Part shown: one piece after another, positions 39,137 through 48,222 of the stretch
Position numbering within the stretch: position 1 is the stretch's first letter
How the letters are laid out: every line of letters begins with the position of its first letter
DNA from: an uncultured virus (IMG/VR IMGVR_UViG_3300030102_004953)
Lineage: Duplodnaviria; Heunggongvirae; Uroviricota; Caudoviricetes
Virus record (IMG/VR): IMGVR_UViG_3300030102_004953
Length of the DNA: 64,000 bases
Strand: one strand, 5' to 3'
Notes under the pieces: model-generated
Databases searched by the model: none
The model's input: the letters and a program-made list of their open reading frames with translations, nothing else
Told to the model about the DNA's origin: nothing
Position numbers and translations under genes: made by a program

Positions 39137-39463
39137 TTACCTCGGTGGTTTTAAATCCCAAGGACCCCAATGTCCTGTTCTTACCATTTTTAAACCTGCT
39201 TGTTCGGATGTATACTTATAAAGTTTATATCCTTTTACAGGCGCTTTTAGTAATTCATAATATCTTTTCTTTGGCATCTTAATATCTTTACCATTACTCT
39301 TGTCGTAACATATTCCACCTTTTTCTACCCAACAATGTCCGAATGGTTTTCCATCTCTTGGTAAAATACCAACACCGTGAACTAATCGGGCTGAATCATC
39401 TGCTCCGATAATAGATCTACCATTTGCTGAGTAACAATCACCTTTCATTACTTCCAATCCCAA
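39137..39463 (-). CDS. Hypothetical protein with a possible Cys-His-Asp (transglutaminase-like) triad
   Basis: GDCY, GHCWVE, YD motifs. Confidence 0.45.
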   Translation of the reverse strand: MGLEVMKGDCYSANGRSIIGADDSARLVHGVGILPRDGKPFGHCWVEKGGICYDKSNGKDIKMPKKRYYELLKAPVKGYKLYKYTSEQAGLKMVRTGHWGPWDLKPPR

Positions 39464-40167
39464 AGTTTTACTAAGTTATAGGTTATACCAAATCCCCAAA
39501 TAGGTTCTGTTAATCCTGTAATTGAATTATAAGTTACACCCAACATAGGACCAAACGATATTTGGTTTCTTGGTGGTTTTAAAGCTATAGGTTTACTCTC
39601 TCCACCTGAAAGTCTTAATCCATCAAAAGATTTACTTGGTAGTACAGCTTTAAACTCATACTCACCTAATTTTTCTATTTCAGGTGCACCCATTTTAATT
39701 TCACCATCAAAAGACAAATCAGTTTTAGAATCTAAAATTTTATTGTCTTTAATCTTTACACCTGTACGTCCGAATATCCTTAAATAATTATCTTGTACAC
39801 CAAATTCTTTTTCAAAAGGTATTAATCCATTTTCACCTAATGATACTTCAAACTTTACTGAATCAAGAGATTCTCTAAGGTTTTTTAATCGTTGTTCATA
39901 TTCTTTTTCCCAACGAATTCTTTCATAATAATTAGTTTTTACATCTTGCATTTCGTTAATAAGTTTTACATTATACTTATTAAGTTTAGCTACTTCAGTT
40001 TTTAATGTATCAATAGTAAATTCGTTTTCTACTATTAGTTCTTCTTGTCTTTGACTATCATTAACTAAGAAATCATATTCTTGTTTTACAAAGTAATATC
40101 TGACAGCAAATATGGTTAGAACAAAACAAACATTTATTACTATACCAAATATAGTTTCTTTACTCAT
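39448..40167 (-). CDS. Membrane-anchored coiled-coil protein with C-terminal amphipathic beta hairpin (spanin candidate)
   Basis: N-terminal TM, long coiled coil, ISFGPMLGVTY...PIWGFGITYNL..W. Confidence 0.5.
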   Translation of the reverse strand: MSKETIFGIVINVCFVLTIFAVRYYFVKQEYDFLVNDSQRQEELIVENEFTIDTLKTEVAKLNKYNVKLINEMQDVKTNYYERIRWEKEYEQRLKNLRESLDSVKFEVSLGENGLIPFEKEFGVQDNYLRIFGRTGVKIKDNKILDSKTDLSFDGEIKMGAPEIEKLGEYEFKAVLPSKSFDGLRLSGGESKPIALKPPRNQISFGPMLGVTYNSITGLTEPIWGFGITYNLVKLWDWK

Positions 40168-40304
40168 TTAGATAACTCCTCACTTGCGTAATCTTTTAGT
40201 ACATTTGGAAACCAAGCGTGAACAAAAAGAGCCCCACTTATTTTCATCGCTCTCCACCAATGTTCCCAATATCCCATATTATTTTCTTTGAGATGTTTTA
40301 TCAT
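40164..40304 (-). CDS. 46-aa hypothetical protein
   Basis: Manual translation MIKHLKENNMGYWEHWWRAMKISGALFVHAWFPNVLKDYASEELSK; ATGA overlaps at both ends. Confidence 0.7.
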   Translation of the reverse strand: MIKHLKENNMGYWEHWWRAMKISGALFVHAWFPNVLKDYASEELSK

Positions 40305-40906
40305 TTCAAATCTTTTGTAGCTTCTACTAATGCTTTTCTTACTGCTCCACCAAACTCACTTTTGTTGAATGGTAAATCTTCTTCAATCTGTAAACCAGCT
40401 GCTTGAATATCTGTAGTTATTGTACCTGTACCTCTACCTGTAATAACTCTACCTGTAGCCACTTCTTTTACTAATACATTCATACGAACTTCCGTTTCAG
40501 ATTTTCTACGATTGAATATACCTATAATACTAAACGCTTCATCAGGTCTGCCAACCCATACAATTTCAGCTGATGCTACAAAGTTAGCGTTATCGGTATC
40601 TACTAACTGATAACTACTTTCTTGAAATTGTTCTTCAAGTAATTGACGAACACCCATTGTTACTCTGTCGTCTTTGATACCTGTATTCTCTGCTACCCTA
40701 ACAAACTCACTAATCTTTAGTGTAGGTACAATCAAGTCCTCACCCAAGATAGCTGGTTGTGGTAGTGCAGCTTGTTTTTGTTCTTGTCTTTGCTTTTCAC
40801 GTTCTTTATCACGTTCTAATCTTGAACGCATTATCTCACCTTGAGCCGATAATATTTCCATCATCGAAAATCCAAGTAAAAAGAAAATTAAGAATCTACG
40901 TTTCAT
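40301..40906 (-). CDS. Exported CsgG/HfaB-like protein
   Basis: Signal peptide (LSA|Q), GV.QLLEE, TEVRMNV.V.EV.TG.VI.G.G.G, F..SEFG.AV.KAL. Confidence 0.6.
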   Translation of the reverse strand: MKRRFLIFFLLGFSMMEILSAQGEIMRSRLERDKEREKQRQEQKQAALPQPAILGEDLIVPTLKISEFVRVAENTGIKDDRVTMGVRQLLEEQFQESSYQLVDTDNANFVASAEIVWVGRPDEAFSIIGIFNRRKSETEVRMNVLVKEVATGRVITGRGTGTITTDIQAAGLQIEEDLPFNKSEFGGAVRKALVEATKDLK

Positions 40907-40915
40907 TGTTTTCTC

Positions 40916-41896
40916 CTAAAAATAAGTTCCAAATAATACTGATATGGTTTTATTCCTATCACCATAATCATTTACAACTGTATTATATCCCATTGATATA
41001 CCTACGTTAAATGTAAATGCTGTTCCTACTTTCCAATCAAAGGATATAGTAGGAAAAAATATTATAGGACTTCTCAGGAATAAATATCTACCACCCTCAA
41101 TATTCCCCTCATAATAACGTAATAGTGTGTATGCTATATAGTTAGAAAACGTTACCTCACCAAAATTAAATCGAGCAGGATATCTCATAGCGTACAATGC
41201 CGTTACATTACCAAACCCAACACCACTTACACTTCCGTAACTACCTGTTATTACAGCAGCTTCTGAATTTTTCTTCACAAGAGATTTAGCTGCTGATGCC
41301 GATAATAACCAATCCCAACCCTCAAATGTTCTATATGTTAATCCACTTGTAGATAACTGAACGTTTTGTTTTTTAGCTTTCCATCTAAAACCTCTACCAT
41401 ATGTAAATGATGTTTTTCTGAAGTCATCGGTAAAGTTGAAGTTACCATCGTGTCTACTATTACCATCAAAAGATGTAGCCGTGTATACACTATTAAATTG
41501 AGTAACCCATCTCTCTTCACCTTGTGTAGAACGGATAGCATAGTTTACCTGCGTTGGGTCATTACTAATATCACTCTTAGTAAATTGTTCAGAAACGTTA
41601 TCTGCTATAACTGAGGATAATATTTCTTCAGCGACTTTTACAGCACAAGGAAATAACTTTTCAAAATCATTGTATACATCTTGAGTCCATTGTTCTAACT
41701 CACCACCCAATACTTGTTCTAACGTAAAAAATTTTGTACGATTATAATATGTAACTTGAAAACCTTGAACACCATTTTGTAAGATTGTAGATGTTCTTAC
41801 AGTTGTTTGTTCACACGGGTCTATATAACTATAAAAGAATGATTGGGCAGAAATACTACTCAGTAATAGTATAAAACTTAGTAACCTCTGCCTCAT
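40916..41896 (-). CDS. Outer-membrane beta-barrel protein with N-terminal Cys pair
   Basis: Signal peptide (ISA|Q), YIDPC..FPC, alternating aromatic strands, C-terminal VLFGTYF resembling a BAM signal. Confidence 0.65.
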   Translation of the reverse strand: MRQRLLSFILLLSSISAQSFFYSYIDPCEQTTVRTSTILQNGVQGFQVTYYNRTKFFTLEQVLGGELEQWTQDVYNDFEKLFPCAVKVAEEILSSVIADNVSEQFTKSDISNDPTQVNYAIRSTQGEERWVTQFNSVYTATSFDGNSRHDGNFNFTDDFRKTSFTYGRGFRWKAKKQNVQLSTSGLTYRTFEGWDWLLSASAAKSLVKKNSEAAVITGSYGSVSGVGFGNVTALYAMRYPARFNFGEVTFSNYIAYTLLRYYEGNIEGGRYLFLRSPIIFFPTISFDWKVGTAFTFNVGISMGYNTVVNDYGDRNKTISVLFGTYF

Positions 41897-41901
41897 TCAT
41901 A

Positions 41902-42537
41902 TTACCAACCTCGTCTGTCAATAGCTTTTATAACATTGACTACGGCTGTCTCCATAGCTTTATTTGATGCGGAACTGAGAGAACTTTGATTCCAAGCCAT
42001 ATTTGGATTCATCAAGAATCCTTTACCTATGGTTGAAGCAGTTCCTCTTCCACTACCTACAACATATTGTGTGTTTTCATTGTTGATAAGTTTTACTTGT
42101 ATACCAACAAATGTCTCATTGATTGTTTCGACTTTACCTGCTTTGATTTCTTCTTTTAGATTTACACCAAAGTCATAGATACTTACACTAGCTGAATATT
42201 TTGCTTTTGTAAGTTTAGCGTTATTAGCTTTCAAGTCATTCATAATCAACAACTGCATATCTCTTTCAGCTTCAACTAAATTGAATCTACCGATATATGA
42301 TATTACGTTCTGAAGTTCTTGAACTAACCCCATAGAAACTCTCTTCTCTGCAAGTTCAGGATATCTTTCTTCTAACTCTTTGTTGAACTTCAAGTCATAG
42401 AGTTTCAATCCATCTACTTTAGTTACTTCAACTTCATCTAATGATTTTTGTTTTTCATATTCACCAACGTATTGTTCGGTTGATACTGATGCAGCACAAC
42501 CAAAGAATACCAATAGTAAAGGTAATATTCTAATCAT
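41902..42537 (-). CDS. CsgG-like lipoprotein
   Basis: MIRILPLLLVFFG|C lipobox, GRFNLVE, SIYDFGV, VGIQVKLIN.E...Y.VGSG.G, SASNKAMETAV. Confidence 0.7.
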   Translation of the reverse strand: MIRILPLLLVFFGCAASVSTEQYVGEYEKQKSLDEVEVTKVDGLKLYDLKFNKELEERYPELAEKRVSMGLVQELQNVISYIGRFNLVEAERDMQLLIMNDLKANNAKLTKAKYSASVSIYDFGVNLKEEIKAGKVETINETFVGIQVKLINNENTQYVVGSGRGTASTIGKGFLMNPNMAWNQSSLSSASNKAMETAVVNVIKAIDRRGW

Positions 42538-42854
42538 TTGTCTCTCCAAATAATTGGTTTTTTACCACCATCTTTTTTCTTATCTTTCCAAGAATCTTCA
42601 CCGACTTTATATCCGATGTAGTATGAAACACCTGCAACAACTAATGTCTGAATCATTCTACGTTTTCTCATTTGTTTACGTCTATGTTTCATCATCATTT
42701 GTCGTTGTCTCATATCTTTATTCTTACGAACTTCTTTTTTGATTTCTTTTTTTACTACTTTCTTATCTTCAACTTCTTGTCCAACTAATTGTGCACCTAC
42801 AGATAATGCTATTATTATAGCAAATAGTATCCAAAACTTTTTGTTATTTTTCAT
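42534..42854 (-). CDS. Small exported/membrane basic protein
   Basis: Signal-like N-terminus, basic middle, second hydrophobic segment. Confidence 0.55.
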   Translation of the reverse strand: MKNNKKFWILFAIIIALSVGAQLVGQEVEDKKVVKKEIKKEVRKNKDMRQRQMMMKHRRKQMRKRRMIQTLVVAGVSYYIGYKVGEDSWKDKKKDGGKKPIIWRDK

Positions 42855-43213
42855 TATTCTCTCCTTGTGGCTCTTCTACCACCTCTACTTTTTCCTCCAC
42901 CACCTCGGTTACCACCTTTACTACCACCTCGGTATCCACCATTGTTTGTACGTCTCTTGTATTCACCACTTCTTTTTTTCTTTGGTTTTACATAAACATA
43001 TCTTGGTGTATCTACATAGTATGTTGTATGAGGATAGTAATATCCTCTATTCCAATAAATGTCTGAATATGAGCTTCTAAAGTGTACATCATAATACACA
43101 TCATAATATGCTTGAGAAACTCTTGTACTATCGTTTGGGTAGACAGGTTCTCTGTCAAAACTACCAATCGAAATGCCGATAATTATACCAGCGATGAGTT
43201 CTAATATTCCCAT
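42854..43213 (-). CDS. Membrane protein with Tyr-rich region and Arg/Gly-rich tail
   Basis: N-terminal hydrophobic helix, Tyr-rich middle, RGG-like C-terminus. Confidence 0.55.
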   Translation of the reverse strand: MGILELIAGIIIGISIGSFDREPVYPNDSTRVSQAYYDVYYDVHFRSSYSDIYWNRGYYYPHTTYYVDTPRYVYVKPKKKRSGEYKRRTNNGGYRGGSKGGNRGGGGKSRGGRRATRRE

Positions 43214-43221
43214 TTAGTCTC

Positions 43222-43614
43222 CTATCTGAAATCAGATAAAGGGTCTTTTAACAATTTCTCTAATTTCTTGATTTGTCTTTTTAAATCTTTTATTTCATTG
43301 TTTAAGTTAGCTACATCTTTATCATAAGATTTTGTTTTAGGTAATTTTAAATTATCTACTTTATCTCTCAAATAAAGAATATCTCTTTCCATCATAGAAA
43401 GTTTTTCACTAACTAAAGCAATATCACTTGTCTCAGCAAAACCTTGAACAGTTTCTTCTAAACCATCAATACGACCTGTAAAACTATACCAACCTGCTAT
43501 ACCAGTTGATAACACGGTAACAAGTGCTATAATATTTTGAATTGATAATCCAAACTTTTTATTTTTTATTTCCTCGACTGCAGCTTCTGCATCAACTACG
43601 TTTTTCTTTGCCAT
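43222..43614 (-). CDS. Single-TM coiled-coil protein
   Basis: TM IIALVTVLSTGIAGWY, then heptad repeats; AGGAG SD. Confidence 0.65.
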   Translation of the reverse strand: MAKKNVVDAEAAVEEIKNKKFGLSIQNIIALVTVLSTGIAGWYSFTGRIDGLEETVQGFAETSDIALVSEKLSMMERDILYLRDKVDNLKLPKTKSYDKDVANLNNEIKDLKRQIKKLEKLLKDPLSDFR

Positions 43615-43625
43615 AACTTATCTCC

Positions 43626-43691
43626 TTAACATCCGCAGCACTGGCAATCACAGCCAGAACCACAATTACATTGTTTACAATCACAATCCAT
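43626..43691 (-). CDS. 21-aa Cys-rich metallothionein-like peptide
   Basis: MDCDCKQCNCGSGCDCQCCGC*; GGAG SD 7 nt upstream; fills the intergenic gap. Confidence 0.7.
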   Translation of the reverse strand: MDCDCKQCNCGSGCDCQCCGC

Positions 43692-43692
43692 A

Positions 43693-44529
43693 TTAAATCT
43701 CCAAGTTTATTGTTAATCTAATAGTATTACTAAGAGGATTATCCTCTTTACCATAAATATAACTCATATTCAGTAAATACTTATCATATTTCATACTTAC
43801 ACCAAAAGTTCCATATCGTAAGTTATGTTTTTTATCTGAATAATATCCAGCCTTACCCCACAATGTATTATTGTAGTTGTAGGATACTCCACTCCCCCAA
43901 GTGTAAAACTTCTTAAAAATATTATATTGTTCATAAAACATCCATTGTTTATATGGATATGTCATACCTACATTTAAACTTGTAGGTAACATCGTTTTGT
44001 AATCATTAAAAGTTGGTGCAAAACCAAAGTTACTTAATTGAACATCTATATCTAAATCCTTGTAAACTTTTGGTAGATAAGTTGCAACATCAAATGCAGT
44101 ACCAAGTGTTTTTTGACTATATAAATCGTGTGATATTATTTTTGCTCTAGCTCCAATATTATAATTTTTTACTTTACCACCCCAACCAAAACTCCAAACA
44201 GAACTTGTTGGTGTAAAATCTCCGAGCACAACACCATTATCATTTGTTTCTAATTGCGAACCATAATTAAAAGCCAACATACTAAAATTAAATTGTTGTC
44301 TTTTTAATGATAAGTGAGTATAGAACATATCATCCGTAAGATTATCCATCCAATTAACTCTACTAAATCCAAACATATCTTTTTTCAACGGATAACGTGC
44401 TGGATTCATAAATGGTAAAAATACATTACCAACTGAACTTACTTGTGCAGTAGGTGGTAATGTAAGTATTCTATTTGCCTGCGCAAATATACTACTAAAA
44501 AGTAATAATGTCAAGAATATTTTTTTCAT
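43693..44529 (-). CDS. PorV-like (FadL-family) outer-membrane barrel
   Basis: Probable start MKKIFLTLLLFSSIFA|Q; L.LPP.AQ..S.G, NPA, NW...L..DM, FNYG, G.F.P, AFDV, SNFG, LPTSL..G, GYY.D...RY.TFG, NPLSNT.R are PorV-family hallmarks. Confidence 0.75.
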   Translation of the reverse strand: MKKIFLTLLLFSSIFAQANRILTLPPTAQVSSVGNVFLPFMNPARYPLKKDMFGFSRVNWMDNLTDDMFYTHLSLKRQQFNFSMLAFNYGSQLETNDNGVVLGDFTPTSSVWSFGWGGKVKNYNIGARAKIISHDLYSQKTLGTAFDVATYLPKVYKDLDIDVQLSNFGFAPTFNDYKTMLPTSLNVGMTYPYKQWMFYEQYNIFKKFYTWGSGVSYNYNNTLWGKAGYYSDKKHNLRYGTFGVSMKYDKYLLNMSYIYGKEDNPLSNTIRLTINLEI

Positions 44530-44633
44530 TTTTTTCTTTCTACTTTCTCTGCAAACCATACGATAAACTTTAATGTCCAGTACAATGCTGGTAACATTAT
44601 AGCTAGTGCTAAAAAGAATTGCCACTCACCCAT
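44526..44633 (-). CDS. 35-aa single-TM micropeptide
   Basis: MGEWQFFLALAIMLPALYWTLKFIVWFAEKVERKK; TAATG overlap upstream and ATGA overlap downstream. Confidence 0.65.
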   Translation of the reverse strand: MGEWQFFLALAIMLPALYWTLKFIVWFAEKVERKK

Positions 44634-47368
44634 TACTTTATCACCGTAAACTTAGATGTTTTAATTCTTTTATCTGTTTGTAAAACAAACACATAAACAC
44701 CTGGTTCTAATTTTTTATGAGCTTCGTAAACACTTTGTTCAGGTATCCAAACATTAGGTTCATTTGTAAAGTCAAAATAATGTATACCTGATAACACGTG
44801 TGCATCTAATAATGTTCCAACTTTTTGCCCCATAGAATTTACTATGTAAAGTTTAACATTTTGTGGTTCAGATAAATAAAATTGAAATTTTGTATTTTCT
44901 GTAAATGGATTTGGAAAGTTGTAAGTTATTTCTTCATTATCAGGTTCACTACCACCAAACAACCAATACTTATTCCAAACACGAACCATACCATCATCAC
45001 GTTTTACAGTTAAATCTTTACCACTCGGATTACCTGCAGCATACTTACCAACAAATCTTATTGGAGCATCAGTCCATTCACCTGGTGGAAACTCTGCAGA
45101 AAACAATAATTTCAATCCAATCATTTGTCTGTTAATCCAATATCTCTCTGGTGCATTACCTGGTGAATAATCCATACCACCAAATGAAACTCTTTGCCAA
45201 CCATCGACAATATCTCCAACGTTTACGTATGTCATCCAAGGACCTGGTAAGATATCGGTTTGCATATCAATAAAGTTTAACTCTTCTGGCTTGAACTCTA
45301 TCTCAAATTCAAAACCAGCTATGTTAATTCCATTGTTTGGTGTAATAGTAAGCGGAACTTCTATCTGATTACCTGATTGTACCTTGACAGTAGAATCTGC
45401 AGGTAACGAAAGTTTTACATCGTAACCCTCAGTTGATATTTTGTTTAATCTACCTACAGCTGTAGGATCGTAGAACTTGTTTGCGTGTTCACTTGGTGCA
45501 GAACCACCTGCCCAACGATAAAATGTGTTACCACTAAGAGTATCATACATAGCTGTATTAGATGCTGACTTAGGGTCTGATAAACTTCCATTTGCTTTTA
45601 CTTTTGTACCTGTAGTGTTTATATCACCTGTAAAGAAGTAAGCTATACTATCAAGTGTGAAGTCTACTGGGTCATCATATAAATAACGTGAAGAATCAGA
45701 ATCTCCATCAGGATTATTTCCAACAAGACTAATATATAAAGTATCTTGTCCTGTAACAATATCATTCATCAATGTATTTGTTACCTCAACTTGTCCAAAT
45801 GATAAGTTAGCAGCTTGATTAAAATCTTTATCCCAAAATACTGTGAACTCATATCTTTGTTTTCTTGTATCACCTTGCATTAGGGTTTGGTAATAATTTC
45901 TTGATGGTGTCATATTGTCAACGGTAGACCAATCTTGTAGTGAGTCTGCTGTAGCATCATAGCTATGATGTGCATATTTACCCATAATACCTGACACGTA
46001 ACTCCATAGGATATAGGTATCATTTAAGAAAAACTTATCATCACCATCAACATCACCAATAAAGTATTCAATAGCATTTAGTGTATCCACACCTGTAATA
46101 CTCTTGAACTTATTTGATTGGAAGTTAAAAGATGCTATAGCATCATTTATATTTGTGATAGCATATCTATCGAACTTCTTTGGTGTATGTGTTTCTATAT
46201 CATCATCATCATCGGGCGGCCAAAATGAAACACGATAATCGTTGTTTCTTGGTAACTGAATATTAAAGTATCCTTTATCATCGGTGTAAGTTGAATCATA
46301 GTAACTTATACCTAAGAATCCGTTACCTGTTACATTAGCTTGTCCTGTCGTTCCTTTCAAGTCATAAGTAAATGTTGTTGAGTTATCTCCTATAACATCA
46401 TCGGTTGTAGATTCATCAGTTACACTTGATTCATTACCTGTATTCTGTAAGTTCAACCAATTAGATTTACCATTGGCTCTTTCGTGTAACTCAAATTTTA
46501 CTTTCCAATATGGGTACGTATTCTCTGTTGCAGTTGAAAATGCTGCACCCGCTTCTCTACCCTTACCTTGAACATATCTAAAATAACCCTCAACATCTAA
46601 TAGTTTTGGATGTAGTGTTATATCACCTCTTGTGTTTCCTATACCATCGGTTTCGGTTCCAACATTACCGTCTACATATACTTTATAATTTACAGCATAG
46701 TTACCATTGGTTAGGTAGGTATAATATCCTGCGCTACCTTCATACTTTGTAGCCACTCTAAATGATTTGGGTGCAAAGTTATCGACTACATCATCTACTT
46801 TGAAATGTAGTTTTAACAATTCTGTTTGGTTTCCGTTACCATTACCAAATGTTTTGACATTACCATTGTGAGATACCATAGTTATTCTCAACCAATCATA
46901 ACGATTGTTTGTAGCTGATATTTCATTATTTGCTGCATCCAAACTATCTGTATATCCAACGTTTGCGTAATGAACAACTTCATAAGAATAATGTGCACCC
47001 GCTGAACTATCACCCTCAGTCCAACCATTAATATACGCACCTTTCTCTACACGTGTTGAATCGTGTCCCCAAGTAAAAATATCATTATCAAATACAATGT
47101 CTAAACGAAATGCAGTAACACTTGCTCCGTTATCATCAAGTGTAACAGCCATTGTCATTACCGAATCTCTCCAAGCATCAAAGTTGTTATTCTTATAAGC
47201 TGGTGCAGACGCATCATCTGCTAGGTACGTTCTCAAGTTATGAGTTACCGTATCTCTCCACCAAAACATTGGTGTATCGTAGGTTTTTGATTGAAGTAGT
47301 CTGATTATAGGTGTCTGACTATAACCAAAACTAAGTGCCAATATCAACCCAACTAAGAATTTTTTCAT
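44633..47368 (-). CDS. Secreted cohesin-dockerin-cohesin protein with T9SS type A C-terminal sorting domain
   Basis: Signal peptide (GYS|Q); cohesin-like VTAFRLDIVFDND and QIEVPLTI..NIAGFEFEIEF; dockerin-like NINDA...GDVDGDDKFFLND; CTD NFPNPF..T.FQF.L...V.L.I.N..GQ.V..L...PGVY..L.T...SKF.VIK. Confidence 0.75.
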   Translation of the reverse strand: MKKFLVGLILALSFGYSQTPIIRLLQSKTYDTPMFWWRDTVTHNLRTYLADDASAPAYKNNNFDAWRDSVMTMAVTLDDNGASVTAFRLDIVFDNDIFTWGHDSTRVEKGAYINGWTEGDSSAGAHYSYEVVHYANVGYTDSLDAANNEISATNNRYDWLRITMVSHNGNVKTFGNGNGNQTELLKLHFKVDDVVDNFAPKSFRVATKYEGSAGYYTYLTNGNYAVNYKVYVDGNVGTETDGIGNTRGDITLHPKLLDVEGYFRYVQGKGREAGAAFSTATENTYPYWKVKFELHERANGKSNWLNLQNTGNESSVTDESTTDDVIGDNSTTFTYDLKGTTGQANVTGNGFLGISYYDSTYTDDKGYFNIQLPRNNDYRVSFWPPDDDDDIETHTPKKFDRYAITNINDAIASFNFQSNKFKSITGVDTLNAIEYFIGDVDGDDKFFLNDTYILWSYVSGIMGKYAHHSYDATADSLQDWSTVDNMTPSRNYYQTLMQGDTRKQRYEFTVFWDKDFNQAANLSFGQVEVTNTLMNDIVTGQDTLYISLVGNNPDGDSDSSRYLYDDPVDFTLDSIAYFFTGDINTTGTKVKANGSLSDPKSASNTAMYDTLSGNTFYRWAGGSAPSEHANKFYDPTAVGRLNKISTEGYDVKLSLPADSTVKVQSGNQIEVPLTITPNNGINIAGFEFEIEFKPEELNFIDMQTDILPGPWMTYVNVGDIVDGWQRVSFGGMDYSPGNAPERYWINRQMIGLKLLFSAEFPPGEWTDAPIRFVGKYAAGNPSGKDLTVKRDDGMVRVWNKYWLFGGSEPDNEEITYNFPNPFTENTKFQFYLSEPQNVKLYIVNSMGQKVGTLLDAHVLSGIHYFDFTNEPNVWIPEQSVYEAHKKLEPGVYVFVLQTDKRIKTSKFTVIK

Positions 47369-47440
47369 TAAAATCCCTCGTTAAAATATTAAAAATAGGA
47401 AACCCTTTTGGAACTAAAAGGTATAGACTTTATTTCACAA

Positions 47441-47448
47441 TATAAATA
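47441..47448 (-). promoter_or_regulatory. Putative late promoter motif upstream of the cohesin/T9SS operon
   Basis: ATATTTATA on the coding strand, about 73 nt before the ATG. Confidence 0.55.
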
Positions 47449-47493
47449 TTATATATATTACGATTAATAGGTGATTGAGTTCACAATAAGTTA

Positions 47494-48222
47494 TTATTTT
47501 TTCAGAAGTTTTTGCTTCTCAATCCACATCTTTGCGATTTTGTTTTTGATAGGTTTTTTTACAAATTGGTTAATTCCTTTTTTAACTAAACTAGCGAACT
47601 TTTGTTCCGCTTGTTTTGGTTTCAAAAATTTGGAATTATCTACAATCATAAAGTTACCTCGGAATAGTGCTTGAAATGCACCTAAGTTTTTTTGCACATC
47701 AGTCCAAGAATCTTTTACAATATTAGCTGGTAAGACTCTATCTCTTTCTTTATTTCTTTTTTGTGCAACATCCAATGTTGTATTTACAAATATCATATAA
47801 GTATCGTATCCATCATCTTCTAAATCTTTTTTCATTCTTTGTATCTTACCAAAGTCGTGACCTGTACCATCAATAATCATACCTAACTTACCTTGTTGAT
47901 ATAATTTCATTCTTTGTTTGGTAAGTGATTTACCAAAATCTCTTAAACCACTACCACCTTTACCAGTTAAGTCTTTGAATAACTCCTCTGGCATTTTATC
48001 TAACTCTGTACCGAATCCGTATTTGTTTAAAAGAAATTTCAACTCTTTATCAGAGTTTACCATTTTCAATCCGGTCATAGAAATATTGTATCTATCAGGT
48101 ATACCAAATAGTTGTTTTACAACATAGGTTTTTCCACTACCTGGACCACCAGCAAGAAATACTGCTTTGAATATGCCAGGATCGTTTATACCCTCTGATA
48201 ATAAATATTTTAACTTAATCAT
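47494..48222 (-). CDS. P-loop kinase (zeta-toxin/AAA_33-like), probable internal head protein
   Basis: FLAGGPGSGKT, VNSD, IIDGTG, MIFV.T..DVA..RN..R.R; MIKLKYLLSE leader. Confidence 0.75.
   Translation of the reverse strand: MIKLKYLLSEGINDPGIFKAVFLAGGPGSGKTYVVKQLFGIPDRYNISMTGLKMVNSDKELKFLLNKYGFGTELDKMPEELFKDLTGKGGSGLRDFGKSLTKQRMKLYQQGKLGMIIDGTGHDFGKIQRMKKDLEDDGYDTYMIFVNTTLDVAQKRNKERDRVLPANIVKDSWTDVQKNLGAFQALFRGNFMIVDNSKFLKPKQAEQKFASLVKKGINQFVKKPIKNKIAKMWIEKQKLLKK

Noticed and set aside
47404..47421. Hairpin CCTTTT...AAAAGG as a terminator
   Set aside because: Weak AT-rich stem lying between the promoter-like motif and the ATG; not enough support.
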